Shown here: in pieces, positions 29,421-38,960 of the stretch
Layout: every line of letters starts with the position of its first letter
Position numbering within the stretch: position 1 is the stretch's first letter
Assembly: GCA_963714085.1 (NCBI GenBank)
Contig: OY970229.1
Span: 736,001 to 800,000, forward strand
From: an uncultured Candidatus Micrarchaeota archaeon
Lineage (GTDB): Archaea > Micrarchaeota > Micrarchaeia > Anstonellales > Bilamarchaeaceae
Length of the DNA stretch: 64,000 nt
Direction: 5' to 3'
Translations under genes and position numbers: made by a program
Notes under the pieces: generated by a model
What the model saw: only the letters and a program-made list of their open reading frames with translations
The model's database searches: none
Told to the model about the DNA's origin: nothing

Positions 29421-29583
29421 CAGTGGTCACTTCCTTGCATGCTGGTCGCAGTCCTTGTATATGTTAATTGTGTATGGAAGTGTTTATAAATGTGTGTTAA
29501 TTGGATGGTGAAAAACCACTTGTGAACAAAGTTTCGCTTAGGATTAGCTCTTATATTTTCTTTTCTAATTACCCCGTAAACAT

Positions 29584-30999
29584 ATGTCTGAGTATGATAT
29601 TATAAATAAATACGGTAAAACTAATCGCATGGAGGCAGCGGGTAACTTACTGAGGATTTCGAAAGGCAAGGGCAAATCCCATTCATACAAATGCTTTATC
29701 TCTAGGGATACTGCCGAAAAACTCAAATTGAAGGAGAAGGATGGCCTTCTTCTCAACACGGGTAATCTTACATTCCCGACTGTATTTCATAAACATAAAA
29801 CTGCAAAAAGTTTTACATATGCATTTACGGTTCCAAGGAACATTGGCGATATGCAAAAGACAAAAGTATTGAGATTTGAAATTACGAGAGTAGCAAAAAG
29901 AGAGCGGATTGTATCAAAACCAAAAAAAGGAATCGACCTCCTCAGGAATATTGCGAACAAAACGATGCAGGGGCAGCCGTTTTATCTTTTTGATCTTGGT
30001 GAGAAAACGTATGCGTGGGTGTTCAGCAGAGGATCGAAAGGATTTCTTCTAAACAGGTTCATACCTTTTAAACTCGATAAGAATTTTGATTTTTTCGAAG
30101 TGATGGGCGCATTTCATTGCGAGGGCAAAAAAGCAAGGAAAACGGGTAAGCGGAACCTGGATTCCATCACGTTCAGTAACGGGGATCCTGCACAGATTTT
30201 ATGGTTTGCAAAATCACTTGAAGGTTTTGGTTTTACGAAAAACGAATTCAGATTGCAGATATTGCACAATGAAAAACAGAAAGTAGATGTTTTGAGAAGG
30301 TACTGGGGTTTGAACTTCCCGAAAGAAAGAATCAGGTTTTACTTAAACAACACGGTTAAATCCGAGAAGGGAATTTGCATTCTGAGCGTAATTGGAACCA
30401 CTGCAGGTGAGCTGTTCTACGAATTGTTAAAAATCGCCGAACGCATGGCGGCGACAAAAGATGATTATGCAGTTAGTTTTTTTAGGGGCCTTTCGAGAGG
30501 TGACCTCGGTGTTTCAAGAAGCGGAGGACTGATTGGCGGGGTAAATTTCACCTCAGAAAAAAGAGAAGGCACAGAATTATTCAAAAGAGTTTGTGAAAAA
30601 ATTGGAGTTAGCACTGGAGGCGAGTATTTCCAAAAAGGGATAAAGGGGTTTTGGACCGTGCAGGTTTTTGGAATAGAAAACTATCGGATGCTGCTTAAGA
30701 AACGCGCAATAGCGCATTCTAAAAGGAAGGAGAAATTAGTAAATCTCTTCCTTAAGATGAAAGGTAATAGATTTTGTGAATACCTCAAAGCAGTCAATGG
30801 GGGGGCGATGACTTCAAGGCAGGTTTCGAAAGCATGCAGCGTTTCAATAATATCAAGTAGGGCATTTTTGCAAAAACTGAGAGAGAATAAGTATCTTAAG
30901 GGAAAGCTCAGGAATAACACCCTTGTTCATACCCTGACTGAAAAGGGGGATAGGGAACTTGCGGTTTACACATCTATAGAAAAACAGGCGGTGAATTAG
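29584..30999 (+). CDS. Free-standing LAGLIDADG endonuclease-like protein with C-terminal winged helix
   Basis: Two LAGLIDADG-like helices (VMGAFHCEG; FRGLSRGDL), ITFSNGD motif, C-terminal wHTH ending LTEKG; Lys-rich and AT-rich. Confidence 0.7.
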   Translation: MSEYDIINKYGKTNRMEAAGNLLRISKGKGKSHSYKCFISRDTAEKLKLKEKDGLLLNTGNLTFPTVFHKHKTAKSFTYAFTVPRNIGDMQKTKVLRFEITRVAKRERIVSKPKKGIDLLRNIANKTMQGQPFYLFDLGEKTYAWVFSRGSKGFLLNRFIPFKLDKNFDFFEVMGAFHCEGKKARKTGKRNLDSITFSNGDPAQILWFAKSLEGFGFTKNEFRLQILHNEKQKVDVLRRYWGLNFPKERIRFYLNNTVKSEKGICILSVIGTTAGELFYELLKIAERMAATKDDYAVSFFRGLSRGDLGVSRSGGLIGGVNFTSEKREGTELFKRVCEKIGVSTGGEYFQKGIKGFWTVQVFGIENYRMLLKKRAIAHSKRKEKLVNLFLKMKGNRFCEYLKAVNGGAMTSRQVSKACSVSIISSRAFLQKLRENKYLKGKLRNNTLVHTLTEKGDRELAVYTSIEKQAVN

Positions 31000-32748
31000 A
31001 TGGGAAAGAGGATAAGATCCCCGATAGTGGCTGTTCTGGCGCATGTAGACCATGGAAAAACGACGATACTTGATTCCATTAGAGGTTCCAACGTCGCCGC
31101 GAAGGAAGCAGGCAAGATAACCCAAATGATAGGCGCAAGCTATATCACACAGGGAACCATCAATGGCATGGCACAAAAACTTTCGGAAAATTTACGCTTT
31201 CAGCTCAAGATTCCAGGGTTGCTTTTAATCGATACACCCGGTCATGAAGCTTTTGCGAATCTGAGGGACCGCGGCGGCTCCATCGCGGATATAGTAATAC
31301 TTGTCATAGATGTGATGCAGGGCTTCCAGCCCCAGACGATGGAAAGCATACGGATTCTCAAGCAGTATAAGACGCCTTTCGTCGTTGCAGCCAACAAGAT
31401 CGACATGGTGCAGGGATGGAAATCCTACAAGGACGAGCCGTTCCTATCCTCGCTCGCGAAGCAGCCGGAGCACGTGCAGCAGAGGCTTGACGAGAAGATA
31501 TACGAGCTCGTCGGAAAGCTCTCAGAACAGGGTTTCGAGTCCGAGCGCTTCGACCGCATCACGGATTTCAGCAAGCAGATAGCCATAGTCCCGGTGAGCG
31601 CGCGTAGCAAGGAAGGGCTGAGCGAGCTGCTCATGCTCATCGCAGGATTGTCCCAGCGGTTCCTGGAGGGCAAGCTGGAGATAGAGGAGGCCGGGCGGGG
31701 GCGGGGCAGCATAATCGAGGTGAAGGAAGAGAAGGGCATGGGCACCACGCTGGACGTCATCCTGTTCGACGGCATACTGCGCAAGAACGACGATGTGCTT
31801 TTCCTCACGTCCGAAGGCGCTAGGAAGACGCGGGTGAGGGGCCTGCTCGTGCCGAACGTATCCGGCACGGAGAAGTTCAGCCACGTGAACGAAGTGGTGG
31901 CCGCGGCCGGGGTGAAGATATTCGCGTCAGACCTGGAGGACGCCATGCCGGGCTCGCCGCTCGACGTGGTGGAGGATTTCGAGAGGGACAAGGCCGAGAT
32001 AGAGGCCAAGTTCAAGTCCGTTGTGTTCGAGAAGAAGGATGAGGCCGGAGTGATACTTCGTGCGGATTCCCTCGGCTCCGTTGAAGCGCTGGTGAAGCTG
32101 CTTGGCGACGCGGACATCCCTGTCAAGGAGGCGGGCGTGGGCAAGATAACCAGGAAGGACGTGGTGTCTGCCAAGACCGTGGCAGCGGAGGACAGGTACC
32201 TGGGCGCGGTCCTGGGCTTCAACGTGCAGATCCTGGACGAGGCTAGCCAGGAGTCCTCGGATTCGGGCATCCCGGTCATCTGGTCGGATATCATATACCA
32301 TCTGCTCGACCGCTATAAGGAGTGGGTTGCCGCAGAGAAGGACAAGGAGAAGAAGGAGGCGCTCGCGCATTTCACCTGGCCCGGGAAGATCAAGGCGCTG
32401 CCAGGCTTCTGCTTCAGGGTGAGCAAGCCCGCCATATTCGGCATAGAGGTCCTGGGCGGCAGGATAAAGCGCGGCTACCGCCTCATGAACAGAGCCGGCG
32501 AGATCGTCGGCGAGGTCAGGGAGATACAGAAGGAGAAAGAGAAGGTGAACGAGGCGTCGGCTGGCCAGCAGCTGGCCATATCCTGCGACGGCATCAACTA
32601 TGGCAAGAACGTCAACGAGAACGACGTGCTATACGTATATCTGACCCCGGACGAGCTGAAGATGTGGGAGGAGAAGAAGGACATGCTGGCCGGTGACGAG
32701 AAGGCCGTGTTCGAGGAAGTCAAGCAGATGCAGAGAAGGTTCTTCTGA
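31000..32748 (+). CDS. infB: Translation initiation factor aIF5B/IF-2
   Basis: AHVDHGKTT, ITQMIGA, DTPGHEAF, NKID; no intein. Confidence 0.97.
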   Translation: MGKRIRSPIVAVLAHVDHGKTTILDSIRGSNVAAKEAGKITQMIGASYITQGTINGMAQKLSENLRFQLKIPGLLLIDTPGHEAFANLRDRGGSIADIVILVIDVMQGFQPQTMESIRILKQYKTPFVVAANKIDMVQGWKSYKDEPFLSSLAKQPEHVQQRLDEKIYELVGKLSEQGFESERFDRITDFSKQIAIVPVSARSKEGLSELLMLIAGLSQRFLEGKLEIEEAGRGRGSIIEVKEEKGMGTTLDVILFDGILRKNDDVLFLTSEGARKTRVRGLLVPNVSGTEKFSHVNEVVAAAGVKIFASDLEDAMPGSPLDVVEDFERDKAEIEAKFKSVVFEKKDEAGVILRADSLGSVEALVKLLGDADIPVKEAGVGKITRKDVVSAKTVAAEDRYLGAVLGFNVQILDEASQESSDSGIPVIWSDIIYHLLDRYKEWVAAEKDKEKKEALAHFTWPGKIKALPGFCFRVSKPAIFGIEVLGGRIKRGYRLMNRAGEIVGEVREIQKEKEKVNEASAGQQLAISCDGINYGKNVNENDVLYVYLTPDELKMWEEKKDMLAGDEKAVFEEVKQMQRRFF

Positions 32749-32753
32749 TTGCC

Positions 32754-33281
32754 ATGTGCGTATTCAGCGGAGTCCTGGGAAGCGGAAAGATCCTGACGTT
32801 CCAGTTGGTCACGTTCTTCTCCATCCTGATCGCGATGGGCGCGTGGGTATACCTCTTCATAAGAGGCAGGCTCGGCCCGCAGCTGCGATCATTCCTGATC
32901 CCGATCTGCCTCTGGTTCGTTTTCGGGACTTTGGACATCCTGATAACAGTGAAGGGGACTTATGCGAACCCGCTGCAGGAAGCCGACCCGGCAACGCGCC
33001 TCATACTCCTCCAGTTCGGGCCTTTGGGAGCAGCAGTCGCCAGCGTGCTCTGGATATCCCTCTGGGCAGGGATTGTCTATGCCATGAACAAGGCCAGGCC
33101 CGGGAGGATCTCGGAGTTCGTCTCGCTCTGCGCGTTCTATTGTCTGGCTGCCGGCCACTTCTTCGGGTTCTCCAGCTGGTTCCTCCCGCTCTGCCAATTC
33201 AGCGAGCCGGGGTTGCTCTGGGTGGTTCCGGTCGCGCTCGCGGCGCTGCACTGGAGCGTGGCCGGCATGAAGAAAGGATAA
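32754..33281 (+). CDS. DUF5658-like membrane protein (start uncertain)
   Basis: LDILIT...EADP pattern with multiple TM helices. Confidence 0.55.
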   Translation: MCVFSGVLGSGKILTFQLVTFFSILIAMGAWVYLFIRGRLGPQLRSFLIPICLWFVFGTLDILITVKGTYANPLQEADPATRLILLQFGPLGAAVASVLWISLWAGIVYAMNKARPGRISEFVSLCAFYCLAAGHFFGFSSWFLPLCQFSEPGLLWVVPVALAALHWSVAGMKKG

Positions 33282-33327
33282 TAAGGTTTCCTGATAATTA
33301 ACTTTTCAAGCTGTTTCTGGTGACGCT

Positions 33328-34335
33328 ATGATCATAGGGCTTACGGGAGAGAATTGCGCCGGCAAGGGCACGGTGGCGGATTACCTGAAGAAGAAGGGGT
33401 TCTACTACCTCTCGCTTTCGGATGTCATACGGGAGGAGCTGAAGGCGGACGGCAAGGAGATAACCAGGGAGCACCTCATCGAAAAGGGCAATACGCTCCG
33501 CTCCGAATTCGGCCCGGCCATACTCGCCATAAAGACCGTGGCGAAGGTGGAGGCGGACAGGAATTACGTCATAGACTCCATACGCAACCCGGCAGAGGCG
33601 CTTGAGCTGAAGAAGCTCCACGGGTTCTTCCTTTTCCACATCAGCGCCGCGCCTGAGATCCGGTTCGCCAGGATGAGGGCGCGGGACCGCGAGGAGGACC
33701 CGAAGACCTTCGAGGCGTTCATGAAGATCGAGAAGATGGAGGCCAGGAACGCGGAGAAGACCAAGCAGAACCTTGAGGAGACCGTGAAGCTCGCGGACAG
33801 GGTCATAGGCAACGACGCGAACCTGGTGGAGCTCTACGACCGGGTGGACCAGTCGCTGGGCGAGGTGTCGGCCGATTTCAAGAGGAACAGGCCGGGCTGG
33901 GACGACTATTTCATGTCCATAGCCAAGGTGATCGCGTCCCGCTCCAACTGCGTGAAGCGTAAGGTGGCCGCGGTGATAGTCAAGGATAGGAGGATCGTGT
34001 CCACTGGCTACAACGGCACGCCCCGGGGCACAAGGAACTGCGATGACGGAGGATGCCCTAGGTGCAACAACTTCAGCGAGGCGGGCAAGAACCTGGAGGA
34101 CTGCTACTGCTCGCACGGCGAGGAGAACGCCATAGTGCAGGCGGCATACCACGGCATAAGCATAAAGGGCGGCACGGTGTACACCACATTCTCGCCATGC
34201 CTGCTCTGCACGAAGATGATTATCAATGCCGGCATCGGGGAGGTCATCTACAACGCGGCTTACCCCATAGGCGAGAAGCCGCTCGCCATGCTGCGCGAGG
34301 CTGGCGTGATGACGCGGCAGCACAAGGTGGATTGA
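33328..34335 (+). CDS. P-loop nucleotide kinase-like / dCMP deaminase fusion
   Basis: IIGLTGENCAGKGT; RPGWDDYFM, GYNG, HGEENA, PCLLC. Confidence 0.9.
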   Translation: MIIGLTGENCAGKGTVADYLKKKGFYYLSLSDVIREELKADGKEITREHLIEKGNTLRSEFGPAILAIKTVAKVEADRNYVIDSIRNPAEALELKKLHGFFLFHISAAPEIRFARMRARDREEDPKTFEAFMKIEKMEARNAEKTKQNLEETVKLADRVIGNDANLVELYDRVDQSLGEVSADFKRNRPGWDDYFMSIAKVIASRSNCVKRKVAAVIVKDRRIVSTGYNGTPRGTRNCDDGGCPRCNNFSEAGKNLEDCYCSHGEENAIVQAAYHGISIKGGTVYTTFSPCLLCTKMIINAGIGEVIYNAAYPIGEKPLAMLREAGVMTRQHKVD

Positions 34336-34656
34336 ATGGACAGCAAGAAGGCGCAGGAGAGGAAGATGGCGGAAAGCGCCATGAAGGGCATGCGGTCCTT
34401 CGTTTTCTACATGCTGGCTGATTTCGCCATAATCTCCGGCATCGTGCTCGTTCTGCTCGGAGTCGGGGAGTTCCTCAGCTCGCTCCTGCGCATAGCAGGC
34501 TCAGGCGAGATCCTGCTCGGCGCCGTGCTTTTCATAGTCGGTTCTGCGCTGATCGCCAGGACGAGGACCAATGTCACCATAGGCATGCAGCCGCAGGTGC
34601 CCCAGGAGCCTCCGATGCCGCCCGCGCCGCCGCCGGACTCCGGGACTTACAGGTGA
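34336..34656 (+). CDS. Small two-TM membrane protein with Pro-rich tail
   Basis: Directly abuts the upstream stop; hydrophobic segments. Confidence 0.7.
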   Translation: MDSKKAQERKMAESAMKGMRSFVFYMLADFAIISGIVLVLLGVGEFLSSLLRIAGSGEILLGAVLFIVGSALIARTRTNVTIGMQPQVPQEPPMPPAPPPDSGTYR

Positions 34657-34883
34657 AAGGAATGAGGGTTACGCATATAGATATGTCAGTGGGAAGGGAA
34701 TGCCGGCAGGGTGATGCCTGGCCAAGGCGCCGGCGTCTTCCGAGGCCCTTTGCACCGCTTTTGGTCAATGAACGTTGCGGTGATAAGCCGGATGGAAGGA
34801 TGGTAGTCACCTTGATCAGGAATGGCGAACTGGTCGGCAATGTCAGCTTGGGAACACCGAGGCGGGCAGATAAACAATTATAA
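34653..34883 (+). CDS. Possible small hypothetical protein
   Basis: 76-aa ORF overlapping the upstream stop by 4 nt; region is also structured, so coding status is uncertain. Confidence 0.25.
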   Translation: MKGMRVTHIDMSVGRECRQGDAWPRRRRLPRPFAPLLVNERCGDKPDGRMVVTLIRNGELVGNVSLGTPRRADKQL

Positions 34884-34906
34884 GCCCGAGGCACCATAAT
34901 ACCATT

Positions 34907-34975
34907 GGCAACAATGAAATCACCGTCCCAGCAGAGCCGAAAGGCAATGACCGCAAGAGTAGCTATTGAGTTGCC
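34907..34975 (+). ncRNA. C/D box guide sRNA (double guide)
   Basis: Terminal stem GGCAAC/GTTGCC; C-like AATGAAA, D'-like CAGA, GCC-GAAA-GGC hairpin, C'-like AATGACC, D-like TTGA; 12- and 13-nt spacers; TTATAA at 34878-34883. Confidence 0.75.
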
Positions 34976-35076
34976 TTTCTCGTGGAATGTTTTAGCGCCG
35001 CATCGGAGCGGGCCATTCCGCGGTTCCGCTAGTCTTTTATTATCTTTCAATCACAGGAGCATCGGGAGGCGTTTTT

Positions 35077-35820
35077 ATGAAACTCGTTGTACAGGAAGCA
35101 CCTGCGCTAAAGTCAGCCATTGATTCGATAGTCAGCCTTGTGGAGGAGGGTCAGTTCGAGGTGAAAGCGGACGGCCTGCACCTGAGGGCCATGGACCCGT
35201 CGCAGATTTCCATGGTGTCGTTCCACATGCCCAAATCAGCTTTCGTGGAGTATAACGTCCCAGAGGAGAGGAAGATAGGCCTGGACATCAACCAGCTCAG
35301 CAACGTGCTCGCCAGGGGCAAGAGGGGCGAGAAGGCGGAGCTGAGCCTGGAGGACGGCCGGCTGGTGGTGAAGTTCTTCGCGGACAAGCGCAAGAGGATG
35401 TTCAAGATACCGCTCATCGAGATAGGCGAGGGATTGTCCCGCGAGCCTAAGATAGAATACACGAGCTACGCCAAGGTCACGGCGGACGCGCTCAAGGAGA
35501 CGCTCAAGGATGCGAAGCTCGTGAGCTCGCATGTCAAGCTGCTCCTGGACAAGAGCACGTTCCTCATAGAGGTCAGGGGCGAGAACGGCGACGTCAAGGA
35601 GGAATTCGAGGCAGGAGGCGGCGAGGTCTCTGAGATAAAGACCGAAAAAGGCGCCAGGGCGACCTTCCCGCTCCAGTACCTCGAGGACATGATAAAGGCG
35701 ACGAGCGCGAGCTCAATCGTCACCGTGAACCTGGAGACCGACAGGCCCATGAAGCTCCAGTACGAGGTTGAGGGCGCCCAGGTCACGTACTACCTCGCGC
35801 CCAGGATAGAGACCGACTAG
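35077..35820 (+). CDS. pcn: DNA polymerase sliding clamp PCNA
   Basis: LRAMDPSQI and YYLAPRIE; 247 aa. Confidence 0.97.
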   Translation: MKLVVQEAPALKSAIDSIVSLVEEGQFEVKADGLHLRAMDPSQISMVSFHMPKSAFVEYNVPEERKIGLDINQLSNVLARGKRGEKAELSLEDGRLVVKFFADKRKRMFKIPLIEIGEGLSREPKIEYTSYAKVTADALKETLKDAKLVSSHVKLLLDKSTFLIEVRGENGDVKEEFEAGGGEVSEIKTEKGARATFPLQYLEDMIKATSASSIVTVNLETDRPMKLQYEVEGAQVTYYLAPRIETD

Positions 35821-38800
35821 CTCGTCCATTCCTCGACCGTGCGCACTTCCAGCGGCTTGTCTTTCAGTTCTTTCAATGCTTTTAGGAATTCGAATGCCGT
35901 GTTTATGTTGGTCAGGCAGGGTATCCCCTGCTCTATCGCGGCGCGCCTTATCTTGAAGCCGTCGGTGCTCGAGCTTCCGCCCCTTCTGGGCGTGTTTATG
36001 ATTATGCCCACTTTCCGCGAGCGTATGGTGTCCAGCACGTCCGGAGAGCCCTGGCCGATCTTCGGGATCATGCAGGCGCCTGGGATGCCCTCCACCGTGC
36101 CCTTCGTGCCGCACACCTCGAAGCCCAATGATTCCAGTACCTTCGCCAACTCAGGGACCATTCTTTTGTCCTCGTCCCGCAGGCTGAGGAAGGCCACCGG
36201 CGCGTTGCCGCCCTGCTTCATTGAGATTCCCGCGGCCATCAGCGCCTTGTAATAGGCGAGTTCGAATGTCTTGCCGAGCCCCATGGTCTCCCCGGTGCTC
36301 CTCATCTCCGGACCGAGGGAGATGTCGGTGCCAGCGAGCTTGAGGAACGGGAACACCACGGATTTGACCGCGAAAGCCTTGCCGCGCGGGGATGGGTTGA
36401 GGCTTTTGAGCTTCTCGCCCAGGATGACGCGCACTGCGAGCTTCACCATTGGCACTTCTATGGCCTTGCTCACGTAGGGGACCGTGCGGCTGGCACGGGG
36501 GTTCGCCTCCAGAATATAGACCTTGCCATCCTTGACGGCGTACTGGATGTTGATGAGGCCTATCGTCGTCAGCGACTTTGCGATCCTCCCGCTGTAGTCC
36601 ACTATCGTTTTCCTCGCATCCTCGCTCATGCGCAGCGGAGGCAGCACGATGTTGGCGTCGCCCGAGTGCACTCCTGCAGGTTCGATGTGCTCCATCACCG
36701 CGCCTATGAACAGGTCGTTCCCGTCCCCTATGGCGTCCACTTCCGCCTCTATGGCGTTGTCCAGGTACTTGTCTATGAGCACGGGCGAGTCCCCGCTTAT
36801 CTCCGCGGCGCCTGCCATGAAGGCGGTGAGCTCGTTGTCGTCGTTCACTATCGCCATTCCCCTTCCAGAGATCACGTAGCTGGGGCGCACGACCACCGGG
36901 TAGCCGATGCGCCTTGCGATCGCATGCGCCTCTGCGTCTCCGGTAGCGGTGCCATTCGGAGGCTGGGGTATGCCGAGCTTCTCGGAGAGCTGCCTGAAGC
37001 GCTCGCGGTTCTCGGCTATGTCTATGCCCTCGAGCTGGGTCCCGAGTATGCGCACGCCAGCATCCGAGAGCTTGTGGGCAAGGTTGAGGCTGGTCTGGCC
37101 GCCCAGCTGGACTATGACGCCTTCCGGATCCTCGTTCTCCACGATGTTCATCACGTCCTCGAAGACCAATGGTTCGAAGTATAGCCTGTCGCTGGAATCG
37201 AAGTCCGTGCTCACGGTCTCGGGGTTGTTGTTCACCATTATGCTCTTTATGCCCAAATCCCTCAGGGCGAAGGCGGCGTGCGAGCAGCAATAGTCGAATT
37301 CGATGCCCTGGCCGATGCGTATCGGGCCGGAGCCGATGACCAGGACCTTCCTCGACTTTTCAGCTATCGCCTCGTTCTCCTGCTCGTATGTGGAATAATA
37401 ATAAGGCGTGACAGCCTCGAACTCGCCTGCGCAGGAGTCCACGATCTTGTACGTGGGGAGTATCCTGAGTTTCTTGCGCAGCGAGCGGACGTCTGACTCT
37501 TTCATGCCTTTCAGATCCGCGATTAGCGAATCGGGGAATCCGGCGCGCTTGGCGCGGAGCAGCAGCTCTTCCGTGAGCTCACTTTTGGATATATCCTGCT
37601 CGAGTGAGACGAGCGCTGCCACGCGCTGGAGGAACCATTTGTGGATCTTCGTCTCCTTGTTCAGCTCGTCGACGCTCATCCCCTTGCGCAACGCCTCGAA
37701 GATCGCGTAGAGCCGCTGGTCTGTCGCCGGGTTGAGGTGCCACTGGGGCCTGATGGCCTTTGGCGGCTTCACATCCAGGCTGCGCATGGCCTTCATGAGC
37801 GCCTCCTCGAAGGTGCGACCTATGGCCATCGCCTCGCCCGTGCTCTTCATCATGGTTCCTAGCGTCCGGTTGCTCTTGGAGAACTTGTCAAAGGGCCAAC
37901 GGGGTATTTTCAGGACGATATAGTCCAGGGCTGGCTCGAATGCCGCGTTCGTGCCGGTTATGGCGTTCTTCACTTCATGGAGCTTTTTTCCCAGCGCTAT
38001 CTTCGTTGCGACGCGCGCGATCGGATATCCGGTTGCCTTGGAGGCGAGCGCTGATGAGCGGGACAGTCTCGGGTTAACCTCTATGACTACGTAATCTCCG
38101 GTCTGCTGGTTGAGCGCGAACTGCACGTTGCAGCTGCCCTTCACCCCCACGGCGTCCACTATGCGGATGGATGCGTCCCTGAGCATCTGGTTGTCCCTGT
38201 CGGAGAGAGTCTGCACCGGAGCCGCGACTATGGACTCGCCCGTGTGTATCCCCAAGGGATCGAAGTTCTCCATGGTGCAGATTATCACGGAGTTGCCATC
38301 CGCGTCGCGGATGACCTCGTACTCGAACTCGCCCCAGCCTATGCCGGATTTCTCGATGAGCACCTCTCCTGTGGCGCTCAGGCGGAAGCCCAGGTCCAGT
38401 ATGTCTTTGAGCTGGGATTCGTCGTATGCGGTCCCGCCTCCGGTGCCGCCCAAAGTGAATGACGGGCGCGCGATCACCGGGTATCCGATCTTCTCGGCGA
38501 ATTTTCTCGCGCTTTCGAAATCATGGACTATCTGCCCTGGCAGGAGGGGGACTCCGATTGAGCGCATGGTCTCGTTGAACTTCTCCCTTGATTCGGCCTT
38601 TTCTATTGCTTCGGCATCCGTGCCCATGAACTCGACGCCGTGCTTCTTGAGGATCCCCTTTCGGTGGAGGTCCATGGCGAGGTTGAGGCCGGTCTGGCCG
38701 CCGACCGTAGCGAGTATGCCGTCCGGCTTCTCGCGCTCGATTATGCGCTCGAGTATCTCCACTGTGAGCGGCTCTATGTATATCCGGTCCGCAGTTTCCC

Positions 38801-38960
38801 TGTCGGTCTGAATCGTGGCCGGATTGGAGTTGACCAGGACGACCTTTATGCCTTCCTCGCGCAACGCCCTGCAGGCTTGTGTGCCGGAGTAATCGAACTC
38901 GGCGGACTGGCCGATGACTATGGGGCCCGAGCCTATGACAAGCACTTTCTTCGCCTTCAT
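35817..38960 (-). CDS. carB: Carbamoyl-phosphate synthase large subunit
   Basis: GSGPIVIGQSAEFDYSG and duplicated GSGPIRIGQGIEFDY; C-terminal MGS domain. Confidence 0.98.
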   Translation of the reverse strand: MKAKKVLVIGSGPIVIGQSAEFDYSGTQACRALREEGIKVVLVNSNPATIQTDRETADRIYIEPLTVEILERIIEREKPDGILATVGGQTGLNLAMDLHRKGILKKHGVEFMGTDAEAIEKAESREKFNETMRSIGVPLLPGQIVHDFESARKFAEKIGYPVIARPSFTLGGTGGGTAYDESQLKDILDLGFRLSATGEVLIEKSGIGWGEFEYEVIRDADGNSVIICTMENFDPLGIHTGESIVAAPVQTLSDRDNQMLRDASIRIVDAVGVKGSCNVQFALNQQTGDYVVIEVNPRLSRSSALASKATGYPIARVATKIALGKKLHEVKNAITGTNAAFEPALDYIVLKIPRWPFDKFSKSNRTLGTMMKSTGEAMAIGRTFEEALMKAMRSLDVKPPKAIRPQWHLNPATDQRLYAIFEALRKGMSVDELNKETKIHKWFLQRVAALVSLEQDISKSELTEELLLRAKRAGFPDSLIADLKGMKESDVRSLRKKLRILPTYKIVDSCAGEFEAVTPYYYSTYEQENEAIAEKSRKVLVIGSGPIRIGQGIEFDYCCSHAAFALRDLGIKSIMVNNNPETVSTDFDSSDRLYFEPLVFEDVMNIVENEDPEGVIVQLGGQTSLNLAHKLSDAGVRILGTQLEGIDIAENRERFRQLSEKLGIPQPPNGTATGDAEAHAIARRIGYPVVVRPSYVISGRGMAIVNDDNELTAFMAGAAEISGDSPVLIDKYLDNAIEAEVDAIGDGNDLFIGAVMEHIEPAGVHSGDANIVLPPLRMSEDARKTIVDYSGRIAKSLTTIGLINIQYAVKDGKVYILEANPRASRTVPYVSKAIEVPMVKLAVRVILGEKLKSLNPSPRGKAFAVKSVVFPFLKLAGTDISLGPEMRSTGETMGLGKTFELAYYKALMAAGISMKQGGNAPVAFLSLRDEDKRMVPELAKVLESLGFEVCGTKGTVEGIPGACMIPKIGQGSPDVLDTIRSRKVGIIINTPRRGGSSSTDGFKIRRAAIEQGIPCLTNINTAFEFLKALKELKDKPLEVRTVEEWTS

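Noticed and set aside
28442..30999. Integrated element at tRNA-Val
   Set aside because: No duplicated tRNA 3' end and no integrase seen
34701..34813. HDV-ribozyme-like nested pairing (GCCGGC/GCCGGC, GCC/GGC, AGGGTGAT/GTCACCTT)
   Set aside because: No catalytic C in the J4/2-equivalent and a non-matching L3; may simply be coding sequence
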